A stretch of DNA of 64,000 bases from Callorhinchus milii (Eukaryota): NCBI RefSeq assembly GCF_018977255.1, contig NW_024704742.1, forward strand, positions 70,496,001 through 70,560,000. Direction: 5' to 3'. A program made the position numbers and the translations under genes. Position 1 is the stretch's first letter; each line of letters begins with the position of its first letter. This document shows positions 1 through 13,409 of the stretch, one piece after another. The notes beneath the pieces were generated by a model that was not told the DNA's origin, ran no database searches, and was given only the letters and a program-made list of their open reading frames with translations.

Positions 1-314
1 CCCCCTCCTTCCCCATTTTCAGATCGCACCTTACAATCGACTCCCCCCCTCTCCCCCCAGCTCGACATCAAGCTCCATTACTGTCATGCGCTCCGAGACA
101 CCATCCCGTGAGAAGGGCGTTGTGTAAATGCAAGTTGGCGTTGCCCTTCATGTTGCAGGGAAGAGTGAGGTTGGGAAAGATCTCAGAGATAGTGGGGCAA
201 GGGAGGTGCATGGGAGGGTATATAGGGATGTACAGGTAAGGAGCTCGGCGATGGGTTGGGTTAGCCCCGCCCCCCCCACTCAGATTGACAAATATTTTTG
301 TCTTCAATTGTCAG

Positions 315-373
315 ATACGGTGACATCAGAGGAACAGTTGCGGCATCAATCCGTGACATGTGGTACAATCTGG
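315..373 (+). CDS. dock2-like: DOCK exon A (YGDIRGTVAASIRDMWYNLG)
   Basis: cag|A...G|gtaag; matches DOCK YGDMR..IRDMWY.LG. Confidence 0.93.
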
Positions 374-649
374 GTAAGCCGGCCGGCATTTCACCATCGG
401 TTACACGCTTATCATGTCAGGCTGGCTCAGTCACTAGAGCTAGTGCTCTCGCCTCCAGGTCAGACGGTTGTGGGTTCGAGCCCCCGCGTTATGACTTTGA
501 GCTCGCAGTCCAGGCTGATGCTCAGTGCAGTGCTGGAGGGAGCTCCACATTGTCGGAGTTGCCATCCTTCGGATGAAATGTTAAACTGAGGTCCCATCTA
601 ACTAAGCATGATTTTGTCAGCTATAGAGTGAATCACTGGATCCTTCCTG

Positions 650-1030
650 TCACACAGCCAGTGTGCACAGGAGAACATCTCAAATTTTTACTGTAAAGTG
701 TAATGAGTGTATTTGTAATAGAACGTGGCAACCAATTTGCACGCAGCACTGGATTTGGCCAGTCCTAATCCTTGACTATTAAGCACCTTGGGACGTCCCC
801 CCAATGTGAAAGGCGCTTTACAAATGTAATTTTGTATGGTATTGTATGGAGAGAGTGACAATTTTATCTGGGGGGATTGTCGACCAGGACACCAGGATAG
901 AGAAACTCCCATCTCTAACAGTGTTGCAGGATCTTTAACATCCACCTGAACCGGAGAACTGAAGGACGGAGGCGCCAAAAACGCAGCACTCTCCCAGCAC
1001 TGCACTGGAGCGTCAGCCTGGACTGTGTGA
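650..1030 (-). mobile_element. Deu-domain SINE fragment with embedded L2 tail
   Basis: reverse complement of the family core. Confidence 0.7.
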
Positions 1031-1324
1031 ACTTAAACAGTTAAATTTCCTTGCGCTGTGCAGGGAGCAATGTTCACTCTTATTAGTCAGTGAAGATGAT
1101 TATATCCTTGAGGCAGACAGCAATAGATCACAGTTGTAGTTTCTTAAGACCGTCAAAAAAAATCTTAAAAAGTACTCCAGGTACATACTGCAGAGCGTAG
1201 AGACTGTTAACATGTGCACATTACACAGACAGAATGTAGATTGTTTTCACTAACAATAGAGCAATGCTCTTTTCTAATGAATAAACCACACACAGACACT
1301 TCTAAATAGATTCTCAATGCCTCA

Positions 1325-1765
1325 TACTTTGGGTCAGTCTCGTCCTGTGACATAAGGGACTGCTCAGGCCTTAGAGATGGTGCAGAGGAGAGCAACAAGG
1401 CAGATTTCCAGTGTTAGAGGAACGAGCTGCGAGCAATGATTAGATAGGCTGTGGCTCTTCAATGCTTGAGAGATGATGGCTCAGAGGGGACCTTATAGAG
1501 GTATATAATATCTTAAATGGGATTGAAAAAGTAAGCCCAGAATAATTTGTTGGGTTTCACAGAGACAGCAGAACAAGTGGACACAGGTTTAGAGTTGCTA
1601 AGGGGCAATTTCAGGACTGACACCAGGAAGAATTAACCAGATGGTAACCAATAAATGGAACAGGGTTACCAGGAAGTGGAGTTGAGGCCAGGGCACTGGG
1701 ATCCATTTAAAAAGTAACATAATTATGTGATGGGAGGACCAAGCTGATCTTGTGATCTTGTATCT
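1325..1765 (+). mobile_element. CR1-clade LINE 3' fragment (TCTTGTGA tail; relatives at ~11445-11750, 24780-25172, 50025-50345, 55990-56365)
   Basis: VQRRATR..RGDLIEVY..GQFRTDTRK motifs. Confidence 0.8.
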
Positions 1766-2624
1766 GACCCACCCAAACATCAATCTTTCCACTTAAGAGT
1801 CTCCAAACCCAAATGACTGAGAGTTCTACATGTGCCTGGGTTTTCAATCCTGGAGGGATGCACCCTACTCACCTAACCCTGGAGAGTATCAGGCACAAAT
1901 TGGCCAAGGCTTGGGAGGAACCAGGAGTTTATGTTGGGGGAATAATAATATAATAATCCTTGCATTTGATATTGTCAGAGGTGAGACATTAAAACAAGGC
2001 GCCCATTTAGGTGGGCGTTAAAGATTCCACGGCACTATTCAAAAAGAGAAGGGAGTTTCTCTCTCCCAGTGTCCTGGTCGATAATCCCCCAGATTCACTT
2101 CATGGCTGTTTGTGGGACATTGCTATGCGCAATTTAGCTGCCATATTCACCTTCACCATTTCCAAAACACACAGTCATTACACTTTACAGTAAAATCCTG
2201 TGAAGTACTCTGAGAGTCCCTATGTATCAAATGTGAGGATTATGATGATTATAACATGACTGGGATCAAGCGACTGATTCCCCTGTTAAGATCTGGAAAG
2301 TGCCGTCGAGTCAGATCAGTGAAACTACAATTCAAAATAAACAAATGTGCTACAGGGGGAGAGTGGGGAGGGGAGGAGGGGTTGAGAATAGGGATGGAGA
2401 CAGTGAACAGTCACTCCTTCTCATTGCTCCACCTAGTCCGAGAAAGAAAAATATTTGCTCTCCTTTGAGCGATTAATCCTGCTCTGTAATAAGAAATCGT
2501 TAGCAATTTAAACTAGGGTTCTCCAGTCTCCTTCAATTTGTTAGCTGCTTGATGAGTGTGATTGTCCTTGAGAGTGCAGTAATGTGTTTACTGCAGTGTG
2601 GTTCGGACTGTGAGCAACCCAGCC

Positions 2625-3010
2625 TGGGAGAGGGGAGGAAGAGAGTGGGTAGGAAGGTAGGGGAGAGAAAAGTGAGGCGAAGAAGAGAGGGCAGAGAGAG
2701 AGAGAAAAGAGAGGGGAGAGAGGAAGAGAGGGGAGAGGAAGGGAGGATGAAGGGAGAGGGAGGGCAGGGCATGGGAGAAGGAAGGCAGTGGCAGTGGAGG
2801 GGAGGATGACTGGGGACGAGCGGAGGAATAGGAAGGAAAAGAGAGGGGGAGGGGAATAGAAGAGTGGGAGAAGATGAAGGCGAAGAAGAGAAGGAGGGGG
2901 AAGGAAGGTGGGAGGAAGGAAGTAGTAGTGGAAGAGGCTGGGAATCCAGGATAGAGGGGAAGACGGCAAAAAAGAGATTCGGGCGAGGGTAGAGGGTGGA
3001 GGATGGGGGG
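2625..3010 (+). repeat. Purine-rich low-complexity tract (similar tract at 32125-32330; CT-rich tract at 59455-59730)
   Basis: seen directly. Confidence 0.85.
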
Positions 3011-3834
3011 GCAGCGTTTTGGGATGTCACCAGCACTGTGAATCTAACAAGACCAAACCAGTTGATTCAACTTCAAGTCACATCAATCCCGTCCCTATTC
3101 TCTGCTCCTTAAATTATTTGAGCGCATTTTTCATAAATTGTACAGAGCAAAAAAAATAATTGCACGTCATTAAAGATTACAGTCAAAGACTGCAATAATA
3201 ATGCTCAGCAAGTTAAGCTCAGAGCACAGAGCCTAACCGTGATGAAGAGACTAACAGAGAGGCTGACAAGATAGTGCAAATTAGCTGTTGCATCCACCCA
3301 CAAAATGCACAGTGTCAGCCTGGCTCAGTCAATAGTGCTCTCACCTCTGAGACTGAAGATTGTGGATTTAAGCCTCCCTCCACATTGGGACTTTGAACTC
3401 AAATCACCTAAGCTGACACTCCAATGCAGTGCTGGGGTTGTTCTGCATTGTTAGAGGTGCTGTCCTTTGGATGAGACTTTCATCGTATCCTCCACTCCAC
3501 TATCAGTGGCCGCACTTTCAGCCACTACGCTCTGAAACTTTGGAACTCTCTCCCTCAAACCCTCCATCTTGCCCCCTCCTTCCCCATTTTTCAGATCACA
3601 CCTGAAGACCCTCTTCGACCATGGAACAAGAAGGTTTATGGTCAACCACCCCCCGACTCATCATTGTGCTTCATCACTGTTAAGCTCTCTGAGACATTAT
3701 CTCACGTGAAGGGTGATGTGTAAATGCAAGTTGTTGTTGTTGCTTGTTCAGGTGGACGTTAAAGATCCTGCGGCGCTACTTGACAAGGGAAGAGAGTTTC
3801 TCTTTCCTTGTGTCCTGGTCAATACAGATATAAC

Positions 3835-4391
3835 AATAATAATCCTTGCATTTGATATCACGTCTTCAAGACGTTTCAAAGCGCTTCACAGAATATACTG
3901 TAAAGTGAATTGACTGTATATTTTGTGGGTGAAACGAAACAGCCAATTGCGCACAGCAGTTTCATAGGAACATAGGAACAGGAAGAGGCCATTCAGTCCT
4001 TGGAGTCTGTTCCGCCATTTAATTAGATCATGGCTGATCTGTACCTCAACTAACCTTTTCAATTCCAATTTCCTGCTTTCTCCCCAGATCCCTTGATACC
4101 TATCAAAAATCTATCAACCTCACTCTTGAAGGTGTGGAAGTTGTGTCCCACAAACATTTGTGGATTGAGTGACCAACTTATTGTTGATTATTATTATTAT
4201 TCTTTGAAGGAATTATTACCCCCAGAAAAGCGATCCGCCAATCGACTAACAATCAGGTTCCTACTTACTGCTAGGTAAACAGAGTCTTGTGGAGTAAGGA
4301 AACTTGCCCAATATTTCACCCTGATGGGAATCAAACCCAGGTCTCTCACTTGCAAGGTGAGTGCGCTAACCACTGAGCTACAGGACTCCAC
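3835..4391 (-). mobile_element. Second tRNA-SINE family, long form, interrupted by a CR1 3' end (~3965-4130)
   Basis: extra segment GTTTACCTAGCAGTAAGTAGGAACC..GTTAGTCGATTGGCGGATCGC. Confidence 0.8.
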
Positions 4392-4844
4392 AATGACTCA
4401 TTCACTTCAAGGCTGTTTGCAGTGCTTCACTGTGCACAAAGTGGGCATCGTGTCAAACTCTAGGATTATTGTTGTTATATTATTGTCATAAAAAGAGCTA
4501 CTGTGCTTCAATAAACTGGCAGAGGGTGGTTCGGAGGGCAGATATGCCTCCTATTACTGTGAAAGCATTTGCATTCAAAGGGTAAACCCCAGGGTCAGTG
4601 GAGAGAGAGAGAAAAGTTTTAAAAAGATGAATAAATGATTTGCCTCAGGGCTGCTTTTCTCTTGGTTCGTGATGGAGAAGGCTTTGCAAATTTCCACTGT
4701 TTCCCTGATCCTGCAGCCCAGTCTTGCAACATTTCCCGATATTCATCACAACCTTAATTAACCTTCAGGACATTTGGGAAACCTTGTTCATCGCAGTTTG
4801 AGAACACATTAGAACACAGCTAAAAAGGAATAAGCTACAGGGTA

Positions 4845-5560
4845 CAACAACAACTTGCACTTACATAACGCTCTCCACGCAGGGTGGCGTCTCAGAGAGC
4901 TTAAAAGTGGCAGAGCCTGACTTTGAGCCGGGTGGGGGGTGGGGGAGGTGGCTGTAAGTGCAGTCGAAGAGGAAGGTTTTCTGGCAGGACTTGAAAAAGG
5001 GGAGAGGGGGCAAGGCGGAGGGATTGAAGGAGAGTGTTCCAGAGTTTTGGAGTATAGTGGCTGAAAGCGCGACCTCTGATGATGGGGCAGAGGGTGCGAG
5101 GGGCGAGAAGGAGCCGGTGCCAGTTGAGCGGAGGCACTGGGTAGTGGATTGGGGAATGAGGAGGTCGGAGAAGTATGGAAGTGCCAGGGAGTGAAAGGAT
5201 TTGAACACGAGTGTCAGGATCTTGAAGTCGATCTGTTCGGTGATGGGGAGCCAGTGGAGCCTGACCAGAACTGGTGAGATGTGGGTACAGAGTTTAGTCC
5301 AAGTCAGTATGCGGGCAGCAGAGTTCTGAATGAGCTGGAGTTTTTTGAATAGTGGAGCTGGGGAGAGCAGCGAGGAGTGCATTTGAGTAACCCAGGTGAG
5401 AGGTGACAAGCGCATGCACAAGGGTTTCGGCTGCATTTGGGGTAAGGTACAGTCGGAGGCAACAATGTGGTGGGGCTGGAAGAAGGTGATCCTGGTCAGG
5501 GACCAGATGTGGGGGAGGAATGACACCTGGGGGTCAAACCGGATGCATAGATTGCAGCCG
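4845..5560 (-). mobile_element. L2 LINE 3' fragment
   Basis: ORF2 C-terminus KLQLIQNSAARILT..LHWLP..IDFKIL; (TTG)n tail. Confidence 0.88.
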
Positions 5561-6773
5561 GTTCAGGGCAAGATGGGCTTCTTCTGCACTGTAAAATTGG
5601 CCATTTAGCTTCACGTATTTTGGGGACTTTGAGCTCACTGTACCAACTGACATTCCTATGCGGAGTTTCGGGGTACACTGCATTGTCAGAGGTCCTAAAG
5701 ATAATAATCCTTGATTTGACATAGCACCTTATCATGTCTCAAAGTGCTTCACAGAATATACTGTAAAGTGAATTGACTGTATATTTTATGGGCAAAACGA
5801 GGCAGCCAATTGCAGATAACAGTGCCCCACAAACGATCATGGATCGAGTGAACAGGCACAGATGAGCCCTCTTATCAAGACATCTTATTCAAGCGACAGC
5901 ACCTCTGACAGTGCGGCACTCCCCCGAGACTGTGCAAGTTGAAAGTCCTGAAGTGGGGCTTGAACCCACAAGAGGCTACCGTGTTACCAACTGAGCCAGG
6001 CTGACACCAAAGCCAGCACCAGCTGGTCGGAGTCTACAATTGTGCAGGTTTAATCGTATTCAATGGTAAGAAAGACAGGAGATTATTTGTCTAAATTACT
6101 GGACAGTTCAGTGGCTGTTTTCAATTAACTGCAGCTTGTTAAATTCAGGCATGTTCCTCATGGTTATCATTGGCTTTAATTCCCTGTTGATTCTCTACCA
6201 AGTGAAGATAATTTACGAGCCAAATCCTTCGGAATGATACTCCAATTATCGCCTCTTCCATTAATTAAAGGTACAACCAAAGGTTCCGACCTGGAAAATT
6301 AATGAGAGATGGATAAGAACTGGAGAGGCAGTCAGGGTGTTCAACATTCAGTCATTATTCTTAGGATTCAGCCTGGATGACTCGGTAGCGCTCTCGCTTC
6401 TGAGTCACAAACCTATGGGTTCAATTCCAATCCCCTTGGGTATAAACCTTCAACTGTCCAGTGCCTTGGAACAACTTCCCGACATGAAAGGCACTGTATA
6501 AATATGATTTATTGTGCACATTTTTATTCAAGCCCCACTTCGGGGTTTTAAGCTCACAGCCTAGGCGATTGGTGGTCAGCCTTTTGTTTTGTTTGGCCAA
6601 TAAAATAAATACATATATCAATACATAAATCAAGAAATATTCAAGCAAGAAGCATTTATTTTCTTAGGCAACCAAAAAGGTTGACCACCACTGGACTAGG
6701 CTGACACCGCATTGCAAGAGCTTCTTGTCTATGCCTGATCCTAATGTGCTGTGCTTGCTTGGACCCTCTGCAG

Positions 6774-6922
6774 GTCAGAACAAGTTCCGCTTCATCCCGT
6801 CACTGGTGGGGCCCATCCTGGAGATGACACTGGTCCCTGAGACAGAGCTCCGCAAGTCCACCATACCCATTTTCTTTGACATGATGCAGTGCGAGTTCCA
6901 GTTCCAGGGAAACTTCAGAATG
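6774..6922 (+). CDS. dock2-like: DOCK exon B ([49 protein letters not shown])
   Basis: cag|GT...ATG|gtaagc; conserved [18 protein letters not shown]. Confidence 0.96.
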
Positions 6923-7869
6923 GTAAGCGAGAGAACCCAGAGAATGGCATCATGTGTGTCATGATCTACTTGTTAATTGATCCCACATCAATGCCACAAT
7001 CCACATGTTAATCAATTGCCTGTCCATGCCACAGTCTACGGAGTAATTCAAGTGTCAGCCTGGCTCAGTTGGTTGTCCTCTTGCCTCTGAGTCAGAAGGT
7101 TGTAGTTTCAAGCCACATGTCGGAGCTTCGAGATAACAGCACCTGCAACAATGAAGCACTCCCCCAAGTCCTGCACTGGAGCACCAGCCGAGATCGTGTG
7201 AGCTCAAAGTGGCCTTGAGCCCACAACCTCTGACCTAAGAGCCAGAGTGCTACCGACTGATCCAAGCTGGGACTGTGTATTTAATAGGTGAACTGGGCAG
7301 CCAAGTTGCACAGAACAACGTCTCAAAAATAAAACAGCCATGAAGTGAGTGACCAATTTTACCTGGAGGATGGTTTCCAGTAGCATCACATAAACTCACT
7401 GAGTTTATTTTTGATTTGTTTTGCCGAATTTGAAATCGTGAGATTAAAAACCTACCAAATGGAAGGAATGTGAGCAGCAATAAAGAGAGCAGTAGTTTAA
7501 TTACGCTTTTATTAGGAGCAATTGCAGCCATTAACTCAAATTGCATCTGTGTAACGCTTTCATGTCTCCGTGTCATTTGGACGACCAATTAGAGGAATAA
7601 ATATTATGGGCATTTCTTTGAGAGATCGTTGCTGCATAATTTAAATGTTAATTGTTCTCATTCATTATTGATTTGCATTTGCAAATATAATTTCTGGGAT
7701 TAGTGTTTGTTGGGGTGTTTTTCATGCTGTCTAATTGCTGCCTGTCAGATTTTAGATGAGCAACACATCCACACGCTGAGGGACACTGGGTGAAATTGCC
7801 ATCCGTTATCCATCCTCCCCACCACTCATCAATCCATCCCATTTTCCCTCTCTCCCTCCCTCCATTTTA

Positions 7870-8205
7870 TCCTGGTTCAGTCGCTATCACTCTCCACTCT
7901 GAGTCAGAAATTGATGGGTCAAAGCCCCCACCTTAGGACTTTGAGCTCACAGTCTAGGCTGACAATCCAATGCAGTGCATCGTCAGAGGTGCCATCTTTC
8001 AGATGAGACATTAAACTAAGGTCTTGTCTGCGCCTGTTCAGATGGACATTGAAGATCTCGCGGCGTTATTCAAAAGGAGAAGAGAGTTTCTCCCTCTCGG
8101 AATCCTGGCTGACAATCCCCCAGAGAAAATTGGTCATTCACTTCATGGCTGATTGTGGGACGTTGTTATGAGCAAATTGACTGCCACATTCATCCACATA
8201 TTACA
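7870..8205 (+). mobile_element. Deu-domain SINE
   Basis: head + core motifs as in 8548-8975. Confidence 0.8.
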
Positions 8206-8378
8206 AAATTGGGGTGACAGTTGTGAAGCAGTCTGCGCTGTCCTGTCAGTGTAAAAGGCGCTGTGTAAATGTAAATGTAAATTGTAATTGTGTTATTGTT
8301 TTTTTTGGCACAGTAGACCTCAGACAAACTGGTGAATTCCACTCAGGATTTCTTCCTCTCTGTCTTTTCTGTTTGCAG

Positions 8379-8464
8379 TTTGAAGATGAAATTATTAAAC
8401 GATTGGACCACGAAGTGGAAGGAGGTAGAGGAGATGAACAGTACAAGATGCTCTTTGAAAAGAT
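8379..8464 (+). CDS. dock2-like: DOCK exon C ([28 protein letters not shown])
   Basis: cag|TTT...AT|gtgagt; [14 protein letters not shown] motif. Confidence 0.96.
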
Positions 8465-8547
8465 GTGAGTCTCATCTCCAGGCTTTGGTCATGTTTGTTA
8501 TATCTCAGAGTCGTAACAGACATTGCCAGACTTCACTGTTTCCCCAA

Positions 8548-8975
8548 CAGCCTGGCTCAGTGGGTAACACTCACACCTCTGAGCCAATGGGTTCAAGCCC
8601 CACGTTGGGACTTGGCATTACCTGGTCTAAACTAACACTTCAGTGCAGTGCTGGGGGTTGTTGCATTGTTGAAAGTGCTGTCCTTTAGATGAGATGTTAA
8701 ACCAAGGTCCCATCTGCCTGTTCAGATGGACGTTAAAGATCCCTTAGCACTATTTAAAAAGAGTAGGGAGCTTCTCTCTCCCAATGTTCTGGCCAACAAT
8801 CCCCAAAATAAAATTGGTCACTCACTCCATGGCTGTTTGTGGGACACTGCTGTGCTGCATTTTGCCCACAAAATAGACAGTCATTCCACTTTACAGGAAA
8901 TCCTGTGGAGTACTTTGAGAAGTCTCACCAATGTGATAAGGCGCTATATCAAATGCAAGGATTTAGTTTATTATT
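8548..8975 (+). mobile_element. tRNA-derived Deu-domain SINE, near full length (family has roughly 30 copies/fragments in window)
   Basis: A/B boxes TGGCTCAGTGG..GGTTCAAGCCC; GATGAGAYGTTAAACC..GGACGTTAAAGATCCC core; tail GGCGCTATATCAAATGCAAGG(ATT)n. Confidence 0.85.
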
Positions 8976-10120
8976 TATTATCCCAGAATGGATCGACTTT
9001 AAGCTCCTCAACTTGTCTACAAATCGCTTAATGCCCTGTCACCTCCCTACTTTTCTGGCCTGCTTATTCCCCACTCCACCATCTGTCGCCTTTGCTCGGC
9101 TGGTTATGGTCTCCTGCACGTCCCTCATACCCTCCACTCCACCATCGGCAGTTGCGCATTCAGCCACCATGCCCTGAAACTTTGGAACTATTTCCCTCAA
9201 CCCTTCGCCTTGCTCCCTCCTCCTTTTTTAGGTCTTGACTGAAGACATTCCTTTTCAACCATGCCTATGGTCACCTTCTCCCTCCACCAGGCTCGGCGTC
9301 AGGCTCAACCACTGTTAAGCACTCCGAGACACTACCCCATGTAAATGTGCATTGTTGTTGAGAAAGCTGTCAAGCAGAATCAGTCGGAGATAATAATAAT
9401 AATATTAATAATTATCATTGCCTTTGATGTAGCCCCTTATCACATCTTCAAGACGTCTCAAAGCACTTCACAGAGTATACTGTAAAGTGAATTGACTGTA
9501 CATATTGTGGACAAAACGCTGCAGCCAATTGCGCACAGCAGTGTCCTACAAACAGTCGTGGATTGAGTATCCAAATTATTATTATTTGTGAGATTCAGAA
9601 ATTGTATTAAAAAAAGTGGCCATCGTTACATTTATTGCAAATTCACTGAATTTCATCCCCATTAATTCTGATACAACTTATACATGTCAGCTTTTTTGTA
9701 TTAAAAAGTTGTATTACGTGCAGGTTGGCAAAAGCCAAGGCTTAGGGAACCCCAGAATTTGTATTATTCGCTAACCACCGAAGTCTAACCATCTAAATCT
9801 GCATAGTTTGCCCGTTGAGAGCATCGTTTGTCAAGCTTTCCACTTAGCACATACTGTTTAGGGCTTTGGCTTGCATTTTTAACATCCACTTGAAGAGGCA
9901 CAGATCAGGCCAGTAGGTTGAAGCAGATAGTATTTAAGAGAAATATACACATGAAGGAGAAGGGAGCAGACTTGTATAGACACTGATATGGACTAGTTGG
10001 GCCAAATGGCCTGTATCAGCGTCTGGGACACTACCCTGCATGATGGATGCTTATAAATGTAAGTTGTTACTGTTGCTGCTGTACCATCTGTGTATATCTC
10101 ATTCTCTTCCTTCTCGCCAG

Positions 10121-10277
10121 CATCCTGGAGCACTGTAGAAAATACACGACCCTGGCAAAGCTAGGGGAAAGCTTTGTCGCCCTGGTAACAGGCCTACTGG
10201 AGAGGCTGCTGGACTACAGAAATGTAATGAATGATGAGAAGCAGGCCTACAACATGAGCTGCACTGTCAACTTACTG
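10121..10277 (+). CDS. dock2-like: DOCK exon D (ILEHCRK...LLERLLDYR...MSCTVNLL)
   Basis: cag|C...CTG|gtacgt; phase 2 to 0. Confidence 0.96.
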
Positions 10278-10371
10278 GTACGTGCCTGCTTTCACCTCCC
10301 CTCTCTCAGCATCAAGCTCTGCCACTGTTAAGTGTGCAGAGATGCTTCTCTGTGAAGGGAGCTGTATAAAT

Positions 10372-11417
10372 TAGGGTGACCATACAACAACGACAACAAC
10401 AAACTATCATGGGTATAGCACCTTTCATGTCAAGAGGACGTCCCAAGGTGCTGGACAGTCAAGGATTTGGACCCGAGCTGGCGTTTGGGATCAGAAAGGA
10501 TGGATGGCAGGGAGGGTGTGGGTTGGAGGGTGACCAAAGGCACAGTTGAAGAGGAGGATCATGACATGGGCCTTGAAGGAGGCAAGAGGGGGAGGCGAGG
10601 AGTAGGGACTGTGGGATGGAGTTCCAAAGGGTGGGACAATGTCACTGATTTTCAGAGACAGTCCCTGGATGAGGTATTGTGTCCCTCGTCAAATTTGCCC
10701 TGCGGTGAGTTCAGCAACAAACTGAGCAAGAACAATAAAATTCTAAAACATATACACGTACAACAACAACAAATACAACAACTTGCATTTATGCAGTGCC
10801 CTTCACGCGGGGTAGTGTCCCAGAGCTCTTAACTATAGCGGAGTCTGACCCCGAGCCAGGGGGAAAGGGGGTGGGGAGGTGACCAGAAGCACGATCAGAA
10901 AGGAAGGTCTTTAGACTGGTGGGGAGGGGATTGGGGGAGAGAGTTTCAGAGCTTTGGGGTGTAGTGACTGAAGGCACGGCCGCCGATGGTGGAGTGGAGG
11001 TTCAAGGATGAACAGGAGGACGGAGCCGGCCGAGCGGAGACAGCGGGTGGTGGAGTAGGGGGTGAGCAAGTCGGAAAGGTTGGGCGATGCAAGGGCACGA
11101 AAGGATTTGAAAATGAGAGAGAGCCTCTTGAAGTCGATCCATTCGGACATTGGGAGCCAGTGCAGCCTGGCAAGGACTCGTGTGATTGGGTCTGGAGCTT
11201 TGTGGGGGTGAGTATCGGGTGGTGGAGTTCTGAATTAATTATATTTTATGTATGGTAGAATTGGGGAGTTACGCGAGGAGGGCATTTGAAAAGTCCAGAA
11301 AAACACTGCCATAAATCCAACACACTTCCCCAGTAACTGCCAGCATCAGGAATTTTGATGAGTTCAAATTTTTATATGTGTATACCTGGATTTGGTTTAG
11401 AAAATATGGTCACCCCG
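10372..11417. mobile_element. Non-autonomous hAT-like DNA element with two nested L2 fragments
   Basis: TIRs TAGGGTGACCATA (10372-84) and TATGGTCACCC (11405-15); splits an L2 tail. Confidence 0.6.
10765..11290 (-). mobile_element. L2 LINE 3' fragment nested in a hAT-like element
   Basis: IDFKRL..FKSF..AFSHYTPKL; tail. Confidence 0.82.
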
Positions 11418-11814
11418 GTAATGCAAGTTGCTGTTGGTGGTGGTGGTTTTATATAGGATTGAGAAAGTTACCCAAGGCGAGTACTTTGAATGCACCAAAA
11501 TAGTAGAACAACAGGACACAGGTTTAGAGATTTAAAGGGGCAATTTCAGGACAGACACCAGGAAGTATTTCTTTACCCAGAGGGTAATTAATGACTGGAA
11601 CAGGGTTAGTAGGAATGGGAGTTGAGGCCAGGACACTTGGACTCATTTAAAAGCAGCTCAATGCTATAATAGGGGGATGGTAGGGTGGGTGTTCTGGAGA
11701 TCAGATGAGTCGAAGGGTCTTCCTCATCTTCAATCTTGTGATCTTGTGACACCACCACAGAGATGTACGACTGGACCTAACAACTGTATGTTGATGTCTG
11801 CTCATGTTATAATG

Positions 11815-12160
11815 GAGTCAGCCTGTCAGAGTCAGCAATACTCTCTCCTCCTAGTCAGAAGGTTGTGGGTTCGAGCCACGCATCGGAAACTTTGAGCTCA
11901 CAGTCCAGACTGATACCCCAGCGCAGTGCTGGATGGATTATCAGAGGCGCCATCCTTCAGATGAGTCATTAAACCGAAGTCCCGCCTGTGCCTGTTCAGG
12001 TGGACGTTAAAGATCCAGTGGCACTATTCATAAAGAGAAAAATTATAAAGGGTTAAAAATCAGCTACACTTCCTGGCTGTTTGTGGGTCATTGCTGTGCG
12101 TAAATTACAATCATTACACTGTACAGTAATTCCGGTGAAGATCTTATCGATGTTATAGGC
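11815..12160 (+). mobile_element. Deu-domain SINE
   Basis: head + core motifs. Confidence 0.78.
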
Positions 12161-13409
12161 AATGTTACATTATAGAGCAACACTTTGTTGGTGCTGGTGT
12201 TTATACGCTACACAAGATGCCAAATCCCAGCTTCCTCACAGAGTACAGGCCGACTGCGCGTGCCCCTCCTCCTCCCCAGCACCATCACCGGCTGTGTCTT
12301 GAGCTGCCACATCCCTAACCTCTGAAACTCCCTGGCTCTACCCTCTGTCCCACTCACCCCCTCTTTATCTATCTTTAAATCTCACCTAAAAAACAACGAC
12401 CACGCCTATGGTCACTTCCCCACTTCTTCCTCGCTCGATGTCCAACCTCGCCACTGTGCCATGCCTTGAGATGCTATCTTGCAGGAAGGACGCTGTGTAA
12501 ATACAATACATATTTACGTTTATATGTATATCCTTGGGACATTGCGGTGCGCTTCGCAAACAGGCTGCCAAGTTTCGCTCACAAATGCGCAGTCAATCCA
12601 CAGCTTCCTGTGAAGCGCTTTGAGATGACTCAATGACATGATAAGGTGCTACATCAATGCAAGGATTATTATTATTTATTATTATGTAGCTCCTTTCATG
12701 TCAGGAAGGCATGTATCTAAGCATTAGTCCCATGGCACTTCATTTAATCTTTCATTCAGAAACTCAAGGTGAAGCTTTGCTGACAGAAACACTGGCGATC
12801 AATCGCATTGTGAAAATTGAGTTGAACGGGAAAATCCATTTCTGCCTGCACTCCCCCCACCCACCCCCGAAAGGGTATTGATCTACTTTAATGAGCTAGT
12901 CATTAATATTTCACAATTGGGCAATGTTTTGAAGCAAGATTTCATACCTAAAGCAACTTACAGTTTTTTNAATAACACCCACAATATTGAACCACCCCAT
13001 TCACACTCCAGTCTGAGTCTCCAGCTCAGTGCTGGGGTGGGGAGCGCTGCATTGTCGAGGTGCCGTCCTTCGGATGTGACGTTAAACCAAACATCTGTGC
13101 CTGTTCAGGTAGTTGTCAAAGATCCCACTGCGCTATTGGAAAAGGGAAGGGAGCTTCTCTCTCCTGGTGTCCTGGCCAACAGTCCCCCAGATAAAATCGC
13201 TCATTCACTTCAATTCACAGCTGCTTGTAGGGTGTTAAGTGGTGTAAAAATCGGCTGCCGTATTTGCCTACAAATACACGGTCACTTCACTTTGTAATAT
13301 AGCATGTCTCAAGATGTCACTTGACCGCGCTTTCCATCATCTTTTGACTCACCACGCGCCCCCTTTGGCTCACACACCCGCTTTGGCTCCCACCCCCAGC
13401 ACAGGTGCC

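Noticed and set aside
4861..5526. 221-aa ORF as a host gene
   Set aside because: Frameshifted L2 ORF2 C-terminal remnant
12970..12970. Single N base
   Set aside because: Assembly ambiguity or gap marker; intron D-E length may be inexact, but exon phases still close
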